A DNA stretch of 63,856 nt, counting the filler, from Octopus bimaculoides (Eukaryota), in the NCBI RefSeq assembly GCF_001194135.2. It is 6 parts of 5 records of this genome, joined end to end, with 100 filler letters (N's around TTAATTAATTAA, not from the genome) between each part and the next. Parts side by side here need not be neighbours in the genome. Positions count along the whole stretch, not along the records: positions 47,934 to 54,758 come from NC_069002.1; positions 54,859 to 60,928 come from NC_068987.1; positions 61,029 to 63,856 come from NC_068992.1; 3 more parts are not named here. One strand, 5' to 3'. Below are positions 50,849 through 62,514 of this stretch, one piece after another. Position 1 is the stretch's first letter; each line of letters opens with the position of its first letter. The notes under the pieces are model-generated. The model was not told the origin of the DNA. It did not search any database and saw only the letters and a program-made list of their open reading frames with translations. Both the position numbers and the translations under genes were made by a program.

Positions 50849-52675
50849 TTGTACGTATTTAGTGTATGTTTATTGTGTGTCACAATATGTGTATTCATAT
50901 TTTATACGGTGTGGTTATTTATATCTGCCTTGCATGTGTGTGTGTGTCTGTGTGTCCGTGTGTATGCGCGTGTCTCCTGGTGTGTGTAAAAGATGTCTTT
51001 AGATTTTGCCGTACATGTGTATATGTACATTTGTGAGTTTAGTAGTGCGTGGGCACGTTGATATTTTCATTAACAAATAGCCATTTGTGCATGTATGTAT
51101 ATATATANNNNNNNNNNNNNNNNNNNNNNNNNNNNNNNNNNNNNNNNNNNNNNNNNNNNNNNNNNNNNNNNNNNNNNNNNNNNNNNNNNNNNNNNNNNNN
51201 NNNNNNNNNNNNNNNNNNNNNNNNNNNNNNNNNNNNNNNNNNNNNNNNNNNNNNNNNNNNNNNNNNNNNNNNNNNNNNNNNNNNNNNNNNNNNNNNNNNN
51301 NNNNNNNNNNNNNNNNNNNNNNNNNNNNNNNNNNNNNNNNNNNNNNNNNNNNNNNNNNNNNNNNNNNNNNNNNNNNNNNNNNNNNNNNNNNNNNNNNNNN
51401 NNNNNNNNNNNNNNNNNNNNNNNNNNNNNNNNNNNNNNNNNNNNNNNNNNNNNNNNNNNNNNNNNNNNNNNNNNNNNNNNNNNNNNNNNNNNNNNNNNNN
51501 NNNNNNNNNNNNNNNNNNNNNNNNNNNNNNNNNNNNNNNNNNNNNNNNNNNNNNNNNNNNNNNNNNNNNNNNNNNNNNNNNNNNNNNNNNNNNNNNNNNN
51601 NNNNNNNNNNNNNNNNNNNNNNNNNNNNNNNNNNNNNNNNNNNNNNNNNNNNNNNNNNNNNNNNNNNNNNNNNNNNNNNNNNNNNNNNNNNNNNNNNNNN
51701 NNNNNNNNNNNNNNNNNNNNNNNNNNNNNNNNNNNNNNNNNNNNNNNNNNNNNNNNNNNNNNNNNNNNNNNNNNNNNNNNNNNNNNNNNNNNNNNNNNNN
51801 NNNNNNNNNNNNNNNNNNNNNNNNNNNNNNNNNNNNNNNNNNNNNNNNNNNNNNNNNNNNNNNNNNNNNNNNNNNNNNNNNNNNNNNNNNNNNNNNNNNN
51901 NNNNNNNNNNNNNNNNNNNNNNNNNNNNNNNNNNNNNNNNNNNNNNNNNNNNNNNNNNNNNNNNNNNNNNNNNNNNNNNNNNNNNNNNNNNNNNNNNNNN
52001 NNNNNNNNNNNNNNNNNNNNNNNNNNNNNNNNNNNNNNNNNNNNNNNNNNNNNNNNNNNNNNNNNNNNTATATATATATATATATATATTTATTTATTTA
52101 TTTATGTGTTTCAGCCAAGTGGCTGCAATATATATATACATATATATATAGACAGAGTCCAGTGTCATGGTTTCTCTCTTTCCTGAACAGAGAAATGCTA
52201 TAGAAATTATAAAAATCTATAGAAAAGAATCGAGTTGAATTCGTCCTTACAAAGACTCGTACCGTTAGCCACCGAAACGAACCATATGCAACGATATTAC
52301 GTATTGTTCCATTATATACATACACCCATGTGTGTGTGTGTATAAATATAAATACATATACAGACATAGGTATATCGATAGATAGATCGAGGGAAACAGA
52401 GAGAGAGACAGACAGACAGACACAGAGAAAGAGCGAAAGAAAAATAAACAGTGGCGATCGTTTTCGATTATCACGAATACTATTATCAACCGGTTATTTT
52501 TATCAAAATTCGATGTCGGTCTCTTCATTCGGTTAATATCATCAAACGGTTATTGTTATCGGAAAGACTTTCTTTCAGAGTGATCACAATAACCAGCTTT
52601 GCCATATATATGTCTGTGTGTGTGTGTGTGCGTGCATATATTCATGGAGCATGTTTGTATATGCATGTGGATGTT

Positions 52676-52712
<37 letters not shown>

Positions 52713-53524
52713 NNNNNNNNNNNNNNNNNNNNNNNNNNNNNNNNNNNNNNNNNNNNNNNNNNNNNNNNNNNNNNNNNNNNNNNNNNNNNNNNNNNNNNNN
52801 NNNNNNNNNNNNNNNNNNNNNNNNNNNNNNNNNNNNNNNNNNNNNNNNNNNNNNNNNNNNNNNNNNNNNNNNNNNNNNNNNNNNNNNNNNNNNNNNNNNN
52901 NNNNNNNNNNNNNNNNNNNNNNNNNNNNNNNNNNNNNNNNNNNNNNNNNNNNNNNNNNNNNNNNNNNNNNNNNNNNNNNNNNNNNNNNNNNNNNNNNNNN
53001 NNNNNNNNNNNNNNNNNNNNNNNNNNNNNNNNNNNNNNNNNNNNNNNNNNNNNNNNNNNNNNNNNNNNNNNNNNNNNNNNNNNNNNNNNNNNNNNNNNNN
53101 NNNNNNNNNNNNNNNNNNNNNNNNNNNNNNNNNNNNNNNNNNNNNNNNNNNNNNNNNNNNNNNNNNNNNNNNNNNNNNNNNNNNNNNNNNNNNNNNNNNN
53201 NNNNNNNNNNNNNNNNNNNNNNNNNNNNNNNNNNNNNNNNNNNNNNNNNNNNNNNNNNNNNNNNNNNNNNNNNNNNNNNNNNNNNNNNNNNNNNNNNNNN
53301 NNNNNNNNNNNNNNNNNNNNNNNNNNNNNNNNNNNNNNNNNNNNNNNNNNTTGTGGTGGTGATGGTGGTGGTGGTGGTGGTGGTGGTGGTGGTAGTGTTG
53401 CTTGTGGTGATACTGTGTTAGTGCTGATATTATGGTGGTGATCGTGATAATAACGGTACTACAAGTAGTAGTAGTAGTTGTAGTAGTAGTAGTAGTAGTA
53501 GTAGTTGTGGTTACGCTACAGTAG

Positions 53525-54618
53525 TTAAAAGAAATGGATGGAAGAGAGAGAGAGGGGGGAGGGGAAATGGAGAGGAAGAGGGAGAGAGAGATGGATGAAG
53601 CATCTGAGGGAAGAGTAATAGTGTGAGGAAGAAAGACAAAGAGAGAGAGAGAGAGAGAGAGAGAAGTAGTGAGAGCAAGAAGAGTCAGGAGAGAGAGAGA
53701 GAGAGAGAGTAAAAACAAAACGAGAGCGATTGAGTGTGCGCGTCCGCGCGTGTGTGTGAACGAGCTGTTTTGAATGTGAGTGTGAGTGTGTGTGTGTGAG
53801 TCTGCAAGAATACAAGAGAATAATATGGATTGGAATACGAAACAAACACACACACACACACACACAAAGCGCCCTCGCATGCATGTACATGTACACTTAT
53901 GAACATATATAGGCATATACGCACCTGCACACACTCACATACATATATATATACACAAACACATATACCTCTATTTGTGTTTGTGTATATGTACATACTT
54001 AAATGCAAACATATGCACATACATGCGTTCTTACATGCATACATAGTCAGAGAGAGAGGGGGGGGAGAAGAAAGCGTGGACTCGGAGTATAACTTGAAGA
54101 GGGAGGAGTCATGGGGAGTGGGAGGAGGAGAGGGACTAACAAGTTGTATAGACTGAGCGACATAGGTGCATATATGTATACACACGCGCGCGCGTACATA
54201 GATATATACATAGATGCATACATAAATATGAACCGAGAATGAGAGAGAACGAGAGGGAGGAATAAAAAGGTGGGGAGGTGGAAGTTAGTGAGGGGAAGTG
54301 GGATAAATATAAGAGAGAGAGAGAGAGAGAGAGGGGGGGGGTATAATGAGTGAGGAAGCGGTTCGGAAATAAGAATGGAAAGGATCGAGAATAATTTGAA
54401 GGTTGAAGATATTGGTAAACTATTTGAATATAAGAGAGAGACACAGAAACAGAGAGAGAAAGAGAGAAAGAAAGAAGAACTAGAGAGAGAGAGACAAACA
54501 GACAGACAGACAGATAGAGTATGGTAATTCTGGGAGGAGAGGCAAGGGCAGATAAAGAGTTATAAAGAGTAATGTGTGGGTGGGAATCGTGAATAGGGAA
54601 TGATTTCGAATATATGTT

Positions 54619-54649
<31 letters not shown>

Positions 54650-54662
54650 CTGAGAGAGAGAA
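53525..54662. repeat. Compound low-complexity block: (GA)n, (GT)n, (AC)n and G-rich purine tracts
   Basis: Direct inspection. Confidence 0.85.
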
Positions 54663-54879
54663 AAATTGACGATATATAATTATATGTAATTATATATATA
54701 TATATATATTTATACTCTTTTACATGTTTCATTCATTAGACAGCGGCCATGTTGGGGCNNNNNNNNNNNNNNNNNNNNNNNNNNNNNNNNNNNNNNNNNN
54801 NNTTAATTAATTAANNNNNNNNNNNNNNNNNNNNNNNNNNNNNNNNNNNNNNNNNNNNTATATATATATATATATATAT

Positions 54880-55330
54880 GTGCATACATACATACATATA
54901 TGTACATACCTACACATATATGTATATATACGTGCATATATGGGTACACGACATCAAAAAGAAATGTGTACGAAATGAAAAACGTTAAGATAAAAAAATT
55001 AAAATATAGAAACGAACTATTTTTCGAACAACGAAAGAAACAAAGAGAGAAACGAGACATAGAGAAACATAAAAAGAATCCTTTCATCAGTTGTCTCCTC
55101 TTTTATCTACTCCGCACGGGTGAAGGGATTGTTCTTTACTTTGCCTGTCTCGTTTCGCTATTTGTTTCTTTCGTCGTTCGAAAAAAAGTTCGTTTTCCAT
55201 CTTTTTGTTTTTTTTATGTTCTCGTTTTTCATCTTGTTCACGTTTTTTTTTACGTCCTGTACCCATATAGGCATGTATATATACATATATATGTAGGTAT
55301 GTACATATATGTATGTATATATGCATATAC
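54880..55330. mobile_element. Head-to-head inverted pair of the CTGATGAAGG..GACGTCCTGTA repeat (arms ~200 bp)
   Basis: 54880-55087 is an imperfect reverse complement of 55121-55330 (e.g. GGGTACACGAC / GTCCTGTACCC; TTTTTCGAACAACGAAAGAAACAAA / TTTGTTTCTTTCGTCGTTCGAAAAA); spacer about 33 nt. Confidence 0.85.
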
Positions 55331-55791
55331 TCTTTTACTTTTACTTGTTTTAGTAATTTGACTGTGACCATGCTGGAGCGCAAGTTTAGTCGAGCAAATC
55401 GACCCCAGGTCTTATTCTTTGTAAGCCTATCGGTTTCTTTTGCCGATCCGCTACTTTACGGGGACGTAAACACACCATCATCGGTTGTCAATCGATGTTG
55501 GGGGGACAAATACAGACATACAAACACACACGCACAAACACACACACACACACATAGACACACACATACACACACACACATACACACACATATATATATT
55601 ATATATATATATATATATACATATATACGACGGGCTTCTTTCAGTTTTCGTCCACCAAATCCACTGACAAGGCTTTGGTTGGCCCTAGGCTATAGTAGAA
55701 GACACTTGTCCAAGGTACCACGCAGTGGGACAGAACCCGGAAATATTTGGTTCGTAAGCAAGCTACTTACCACTCAGTCACTCCTACGCCT
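55331..55791 (-). mobile_element. SINE family B, full length with central (AC)/(AT) microsatellite
   Basis: Tail, body, microsatellite and head are all present; the head ends CTTACCACTCAGTCACTCCTACGCCT. Confidence 0.92.
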
Positions 55792-55805
55792 ATATATATA
55801 TTATT

Positions 55806-55950
55806 CATGGCTATCTTTCAGTTGCGTCTATCAAATCCACTCACAAGGCTTTAGAGAAGACTTGCCCAATATACCATGTAGTGTGACTAAATCCGGAACC
55901 TAGTGATTGGGGAGCAAGCTTCTTACCTCACACATAACCTGCGCTTATAT
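55806..55950 (-). mobile_element. Second SINE family B head, degraded
   Basis: CTTTCAGTTGCGTCTATCAAATCCACTCACAAGGCTTT..GAAGACTTGCCCAA..AGCAAGCTTCTTACC. Confidence 0.8.
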
Positions 55951-57244
55951 TTTTTTATTTATTTATTTATTTATGTGTTTCAGCCAAGTGGCTGCGGTCA
56001 TGCTGGTGCACCAGAATAAAAGTTTTATGTGATGATAGAAGAGGAAAATCATCGCAAGTAGAGATGTGAAGAGATATATCGAAGCAAGTAGCTGCGAATT
56101 TTTGTAATGATTGTGCAGATTGCTTTGACGAGTGGTTGAGAAATAATGAGTTAAATACTGTCTATATCTGTGCGCTTGTGAATTGCGTTTGTGTCTGGAT
56201 GTGTGTATGCATCTTAGATATGTCTTGGAAACATATAGTTAACCTCGAAGATTAATCTAAGTTAAACACTTGCATTAATATGGCTGTATCATAATTTTCT
56301 AAATTCCAATCTATTTATTTATTTCAAATACACAATCATCACAGCTCTATTTACTTTCTAATTAGTTTACAACAAATTGGATCATTAAATGTCTTCTAAA
56401 ATACTTTTCTATGTGACTGATGATATTCACAATTATATCTGGTTGCAACAGAAATCTTTCCATGGTATTTTTTTTTCCTTTCTATTTCTTTTTATAGCAA
56501 ATCAGAGTATCTGCATGGTCTGCTTAAGACAATACGTTTTTTTTTTCTAGCGGTATATATATATATATATATATCAATGTTCAACTAGTCTTTTCATATA
56601 CTGCATTGTTCTCCTACCGTTTGGTATAAAGTTCAAGTAAGACCGTTGTGTAAAACAACAACTGAAGTGCGAGAAAGACGAGAACATATCGTAAGGTAAG
56701 ACTTACGCAAGCAGAGGCTATTTATAGTTGTTATTCAACTATTTAATATATTAACAGTTTAGATCTTAATTATAAAAAAAAATCTGAAATCATTAATGTA
56801 TGCTAATTAGTTAATTGTAAGATAGAAATTTAAATGTAATAAAATGTTGTAAAAGAAATTTAAAGTGCCTACGTAAAAACTGTAAACCTAATTTTTGGCC
56901 ACATTGTATAAGAAACTATAAATATGGAAAACTACATAATAATCTTCAGTTTGGGATTTGGTTTCGGAGATCTGTTATGTGAGTTCGTGTGTTGAAGCAT
57001 GTTTTGTTGTGTCTGAGAAGAGTCATTCTCTTTGAATGCCTGTTATTTAAATGAGTAGTGAATGAGTAAATGAGTGAAAACTTTACCGGTGAATGTGGCA
57101 CTAAAAAGAATGACTTAAGGCGTTAATATCATATTAGTTGTCTTCAGGCTTAATGCAATTCCAAAAGAACTACAAGCATTGGAGATGTGTCCTACCTTCT
57201 AAATACATGTTCCCTATAAGCCACAAGAATACAACAAGTCGAGT

Positions 57245-57430
57245 TAGGAAGTGTCTTTGATTTAACACTTGGTAGGATTTTCGCCTGGCTATTGTTGAAT
57301 TGGCTCCAGGGTTTCATTGTAGTTTTAGATCAGTTATCTTTAGCACCATACATTTTCAGATGGGCTGCTCTTTTTACCAAGTTTTTATTGATATAACGAA
57401 AGCCTTTGACATGATAAATAAGATGGTCGA
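57245..57430 (+). mobile_element. RTE-clade LINE RT fragment, decayed
   Basis: VSLI..LGRIFAWLLLNWLQ..YQVFIDITKAFDMIN (cf. GISLLSxxGKIFARILLNRL..VFIDLTKAFDTV). Confidence 0.65.
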
Positions 57431-58320
57431 TTTGGGTCCGCCGATACACACTGGTATAAATGTCTATTTCAACACTAAAAATGCTCTGTCGTAAGAAAAA
57501 AAAAAACTGAAGAGGACATTAGTGTTACACAGTTGAATATACCTATACCAGCTTTGGTGATTGATCATGCATTTAAAGAAGAGAAATGATGACTAGATCA
57601 CCATCTAAGTAACGTTGTAAGGAAGTTAATGGAAAAACAAACGTTTCAGTTGGACTTTTTCCTCGAGTTTGGAAATCAGCAAAGCATCTGTTCCATCCTG
57701 TCGAACTAGTAAACCATTGCATACGTTGGTACTTATTGTAGTCATAATAGCACCCCTCATATCACAGCTTTCTTAATAACTTCAAATAGTATACCTTTGA
57801 AGCTTGGAGTCTCTCTGATTTCATCAGCGTTATCGTACATTTGATTTCTTCAATATTAGGACTACTGTTCAGTTTTTGATAAACAAATTGTTGCATAATG
57901 TCTTCTATGAATATCAATCTAATGAGAATATTTATGAAATATTTATGAAATGCTCTATTTATCTTTCAAAAAAAAATCAGTATGACTAATTAAATTAGAC
58001 ACATCTTTGAATTTTAGAGAACCAGTAACAAACATTTGTAACTTGCATTTGAACATAATATTTTGTGTCCTTTTAAAACTATTTGATTGTCTGTGGGCAT
58101 GATCAATTAGTTCGGGTCTTAAACCACCCATTATTATATTCATAAAGCTGATTTTTTCGTTGTTCAAGCATCCCTTTCAGGTATAATTCATCATTGATCT
58201 CCTAAAGATCAAATTGTTCTCAATTTCTCCAGTGCAGTTCTTTGTGTTTTCTGAGACGCAAGTTATTACTAGAATTGGCACAATTTTTTCCTTGACGCCT
58301 AGGCGATGAAGTTCATAAAT

Positions 58321-58407
58321 CATAGAAAGTATGCAGATTTTATCCGGTCCATAGAAAGTATGCAGATTTTATCCGGTCCATAGAAAGTATGCAGATTTTA
58401 TCTGGTA
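58321..58407. repeat. 29-bp tandem repeat x3
   Basis: CATAGAAAGTATGCAGATTTTATCCGGTC at 58321, 58350 and 58379 (the third copy has 2 mismatches). Confidence 0.95.
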
Positions 58408-58521
58408 ACATTATGAATTGTTTTATTCGTTGCAAACATTCTCCTAACAACCACCAGCTTCACTTGTAGTCGGTAATAACTTGTTCAGCATGTGGCACTG
58501 CACAAAACTTTAGTGTTACAG

Positions 58522-58596
58522 AGATGACTAAAATACAATATGTATTACGACGAAAAGCCTACCAAATGAAATTGCTTCGACCAAGGATTTGTCCAG
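58522..58596 (+). CDS. Candidate 75-nt exon (phase 1-1), xMTKIQYVLRRKAYQMKLLRPRICP; product unknown
   Basis: Acceptor CTTTAGTGTTACAG, donor CAG|GTAAAT; only one frame open; phase-compatible with 60464-60502. Confidence 0.22.
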
Positions 58597-59235
58597 GTAA
58601 ATTTATACTTACATTTTGATAAAAGTGTTTATTATTGACAACAACACATAGCTTGACAATTTTATTTGTCTAGCGTTCACTACTATGCATTTTACATACG
58701 TCGTATAATCTCTAGATAGATCATGCATTGTAGTCACGAATTACATTCGTAGAAAAGTCTCCCATTAGGATGATTTTGTCACTAATCAGTGTGAAGAGAA
58801 TGACATTCCTAAATCTCTCGTAGAATACAGATATAATTCATTCTGTTGAGTGTCATGTTCGTTCATATACAAAGAAGAAAAGGAGACATGGCCACCAGAA
58901 GACAATTTCAAGCCAAGGTATATATACAGTCACAGAGGCACACACATTTGCTTAATACGCATATATCTGTTCAGAAACAATTTTAAAAACTTTTTTAAAT
59001 GCTAAGTAATAAATTTGTTAGATGGTATTACAACATTTTTTTTTTATATATGTAAAACATAAAAATGAATAACAATTTTGAGACTTTTAATATATAGTAG
59101 AAATCGAACCGAAACAAGCAAAATTATTCACTTCCATCAAAGTGAAAATAACTCGAAGCCCATCAGACCATAGATGAAAAATAGAGAACATGTATGTATG
59201 ACTATGTGGTGTGCAGAGCGACTAAGCGACTTCTT

Positions 59236-59289
<54 letters not shown>

Positions 59290-59392
59290 NNNNNNNNNNN
59301 NNNNNNNNNNNNNNNNNNNNNNNNNNNNNNNNNNNNNNNNNNNNNNNNNNNNNNNNNNNNNNNNNNNNNNNNNNNNNNNNNNNNNNNNNNNN

Positions 59393-59479
<87 letters not shown>

Positions 59480-60463
59480 CATTTACATATGAGCATATAC
59501 ATGTTCCTACATATATATATATGTATGCATGTATGTATGTATGCATGTATGTATGTATGTATGCATGTATGTATGTATGTATGTATGTATGCACAGATTT
59601 ACTACAAGGAGGAATGTTTTCTTTGATGTGAAGCACTATGAAACTGTACACTATCGACAAATTTGGCTGCATATATATTTGGAAGAGTTTTAAAAAATCT
59701 AAAAATCAGAATGTCTGCTTAAATTCCGTCTCCTCTCCACTTGATCTAAAATAAGCGATGAATTATATTAACTCTATCAAATATTGTTTTCCAATGATTT
59801 ATCGATTTCTACTTGTTTCTTTTCCTCCTTTTCAAATGTTAGAAATATGTGTGTTTAATTAGTTTTTGCTAATGAGACACATTTATGTAGAGACAGGTCA
59901 GAATAAAAATATTGAGAATATAGCAGTTGAAACAAAATCAGATTAAATATTTAGAAAAGAATATGGTGTAATCTTTTTAATTAATAAGCGAGAAAATGTT
60001 CTCACTTGCAAAGAAAATTAATATGAAGAACAATTGAGAAACAATATATGTACTTCTGCGCGCCTTCTGTGTAAGTGCATGTACATACATATATAAATAT
60101 ATCAGAATCAAAGGGTTGTAAAATATATGTAAATACATTTGACGCAGTGAAAATTTATTCTATATACAGCTCAATATGTTTGGTAGAGTGTGCATATATC
60201 TTTATCATAACAAATGTTAACGTCTACTAAGAATTTCACAGTTGGTTGTTATTTTTATTATGAGAACATTTATGTTATAGTAAAATTTTTCTACAGGTTA
60301 TATGAGAAAATGTTAATCTTGGAATGATATATATGCTTGTGTAGAGTGATGTGTGTATTTGAAAAGAATTATAAAAACAAGGATTTTGCACAGGAAATGT
60401 ATTAAGTTGTACGAATATGAAAAGCCTGTGACAAATCTTAATTCTAATCATTACTTTCTACAG

Positions 60464-60502
60464 GAAATATTAGTTTAGGTTGGTATATTGCATGGGTTCA
60501 GC
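60464..60502 (+). CDS. Candidate 39-nt exon (phase 1-1), GNISLGWYIAWVQ; product unknown
   Basis: Branch-like CTAAT, tract TTACTTTCTACAG, donor GTAAGT; only one frame open. Confidence 0.33.
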
Positions 60503-60689
60503 GTAAGTTTTCGAACGATACGACGGAAATTATATCGTTGGAAAAAGGTTATATTGTTAGGATAATTTATAGCTCTGGTTTATACGACAACTCTCTACAA
60601 AACTGCAAAAGCACATTGTTTTGTAGGCTCAGGTTTCCGAATTATGTATAGAAACGAAATATTCATGAAAAGTAAATACACATAACCCT

Positions 60690-60883
60690 CTAATGCTTCG
60701 AAACGCCAGTGCTAGAATGGAGGCAACTGATGAAGGAAATGTTCTCTATGTGGCGTGTGTGTTTTCTGTACTCTGTTTATCATTTGTCTACGTTTTGTTT
60801 GCAACGTCGTGTACCCAGATACGCATCTATATATACAGGTAGATGTAGGTATGTACATACATGTACGTATATATGCATATACT
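60690..60883 (+). mobile_element. Dispersed unclassified repeat (CTGATGAAGG family), further copy
   Basis: CTTCGAAACGCC..CAACTGATGAAGGAAATGTTC..AACGTCGTGTACCC, plus the same tail TGTAGGTATGTACATA..ATATGCATATACTC as at 55260-55331. Confidence 0.7.
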
Positions 60884-60889
60884 CATTTA

Positions 60890-60927
<38 letters not shown>

Positions 60928-61776
60928 CNNNNNNNNNNNNNNNNNNNNNNNNNNNNNNNNNNNNNNNNNNNNTTAATTAATTAANNNNNNNNNNNNNNNN
61001 NNNNNNNNNNNNNNNNNNNNNNNNNNNNCACAGCAGCCAACGTCAACATCCCTATCACTGCCGCCGCCACCGCCACCATCACCATCACCGCCGATAACAC
61101 AGTCGACTGATGATAACAATAAACACGAAACAAGCTGTCGACACAATGAGAGCCGCAGTCGTCACTGCACTCCGCTCTCCATCATAAATAACACAAATAA
61201 CCACGCAGAACGCCACTCCTTTCATCACTACCACAACAACAACAGCAACCACTATTACTACTGCTGCTGCTGCTGCTGCTGCTGCCGTTGCCAATCCTAA
61301 ATTTGATCTGTGTCTTCATCACTAAAAACTGACGCCATTAATACAATAATCATCAACACAAGCGCCATTTATGCAAGAAGTAGCAGCCCTCTATGTGGTC
61401 CCTTGATCTACTAGATATAACAACTCAATTCCCTCTCAAACCGCATCGTAACATTTGGAAATAAAGGATATGCAGGGAGACAATGTATTGCAGCCAATGA
61501 AATTCAAAAGATTGGAAAGCACAACAGCAATAACACCAGCAACTGCAGTAGCAATAACAACAACAACAACAACAACGTCATTAAACCGATGCTCAACAGA
61601 GCTACCATTGCACCATCCAGATACGTTGCCTGGTATTAGAAAGAGAGATTTTAGGATAAGAAAACAATGCAAGCGGTCGAGCCTAGAACTTTATTAGCTC
61701 TTATCAACTCATGCTTTGGATTCAAATCATGCTGTAGTCAATATTAACCTTCAAACCACCACCCCACCCCACTCCA

Positions 61777-61878
61777 CCCGGGGTTCGATAAAATAAAGGA
61801 CCAGTGAAGTACTGGAATGGATAGCATTGACTAATCTCGTCCCTTTAAAACTACTAGGCTTGTGCCTATATAAAAAAC
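61777..61878 (+). mobile_element. SINE family A 3' half, degraded
   Basis: GGGGTTCGATAAAATAAAGGACCAG..GTACTGG..GGCTTGTGCCTATA. Confidence 0.6.
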
Positions 61879-61897
61879 CCCAGTTATTGCTGTTGTT

Positions 61898-62018
61898 CGT
61901 GCTCGGACAGGATGCCAAATGCACTTTTGCCGAAGGACAAGCAGCCGAGGCCAAGAAGCCGAATGGACATAAAGCCGAACGGATACAATGCCGAACGGAC
62001 ATAAAACTGAACGGACAC

Positions 62019-62110
<92 letters not shown>

Positions 62111-62322
62111 CATTCCTACCTTTAATGACCAATTCACCAATTTAGCACTTATGATTTAATGAGATTAAATTTTAATTTTCGTTTGTCTTTTCGGAATCTT
62201 GTCCGTCCGGCTTTTTGTCTGTTCGGCATTGTGTCCGTCCGGCTTTATGTCTTTTCGGTATTGTGTCCGTTCGGCTTCTTGTCCTTCGGTAAAAGTGCAT
62301 TTGGCATCCCGTCCGTGTACCG
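61898..62322. mobile_element. Foldback-type MITE with TIRs and opposed 15-bp subrepeat arrays; internal (AAT)n
   Basis: The left end CGGACAGGATGCCAAATGCACTTTTGCCGAAGGACAAG matches the reverse complement of the right end CTTGTCCTTCGGTAAAAGTGCATTTGGCATCCCGTCCG. GCCGAACGGACA-type units run inward from both ends. Flanks CTGTTGTT / TTGTTGTT. Confidence 0.85.
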
Positions 62323-62514
62323 TTGTTGTTATATCATGAAGAATCTCCGCTTTATTTTGCTGCGTATGATGGCGTCAGCTGTTTACAGCGAGCAGACGAA
62401 GGCGACACTTGTTTATTGACCATACTTCGAAAACCCTACTGAGGACTTTTACAGTTCCAAGCAATGAGGGTTTTTGTAGGTGTTCTATCTTTGCATTCGT
62501 TCTTGAGTCGTGAT

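Noticed and set aside
1153-53934. Long ORFs (150-430 aa) in the ORF track
   Set aside because: They run through N-gaps (poly-X) and microsatellites; not real coding sequence.
57590-57605. Partial matches to conserved miRNAs (TGACTAGATC here; TAAGGCACG near 24457; ACTGGTAGAATT near 6390)
   Set aside because: Only 9-12 nt match and no precursor hairpin is evident.
57740-58170. Minus-strand integrase H2C2-like (LIDHAH..KRT) and RTE-like (PNIEEIK..KGILFEV) words
   Set aside because: Too short and degenerate, and the two assignments conflict; not called.
58321-58407. 29-bp repeats as a CRISPR array
   Set aside because: The units are contiguous with no spacers, the context is eukaryotic, and there are no cas genes.
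61751-62159. Poly-Asn/poly-Leu/poly-Ile ORFs
   Set aside because: Translations of the (AAT)n tract inside the foldback MITE.
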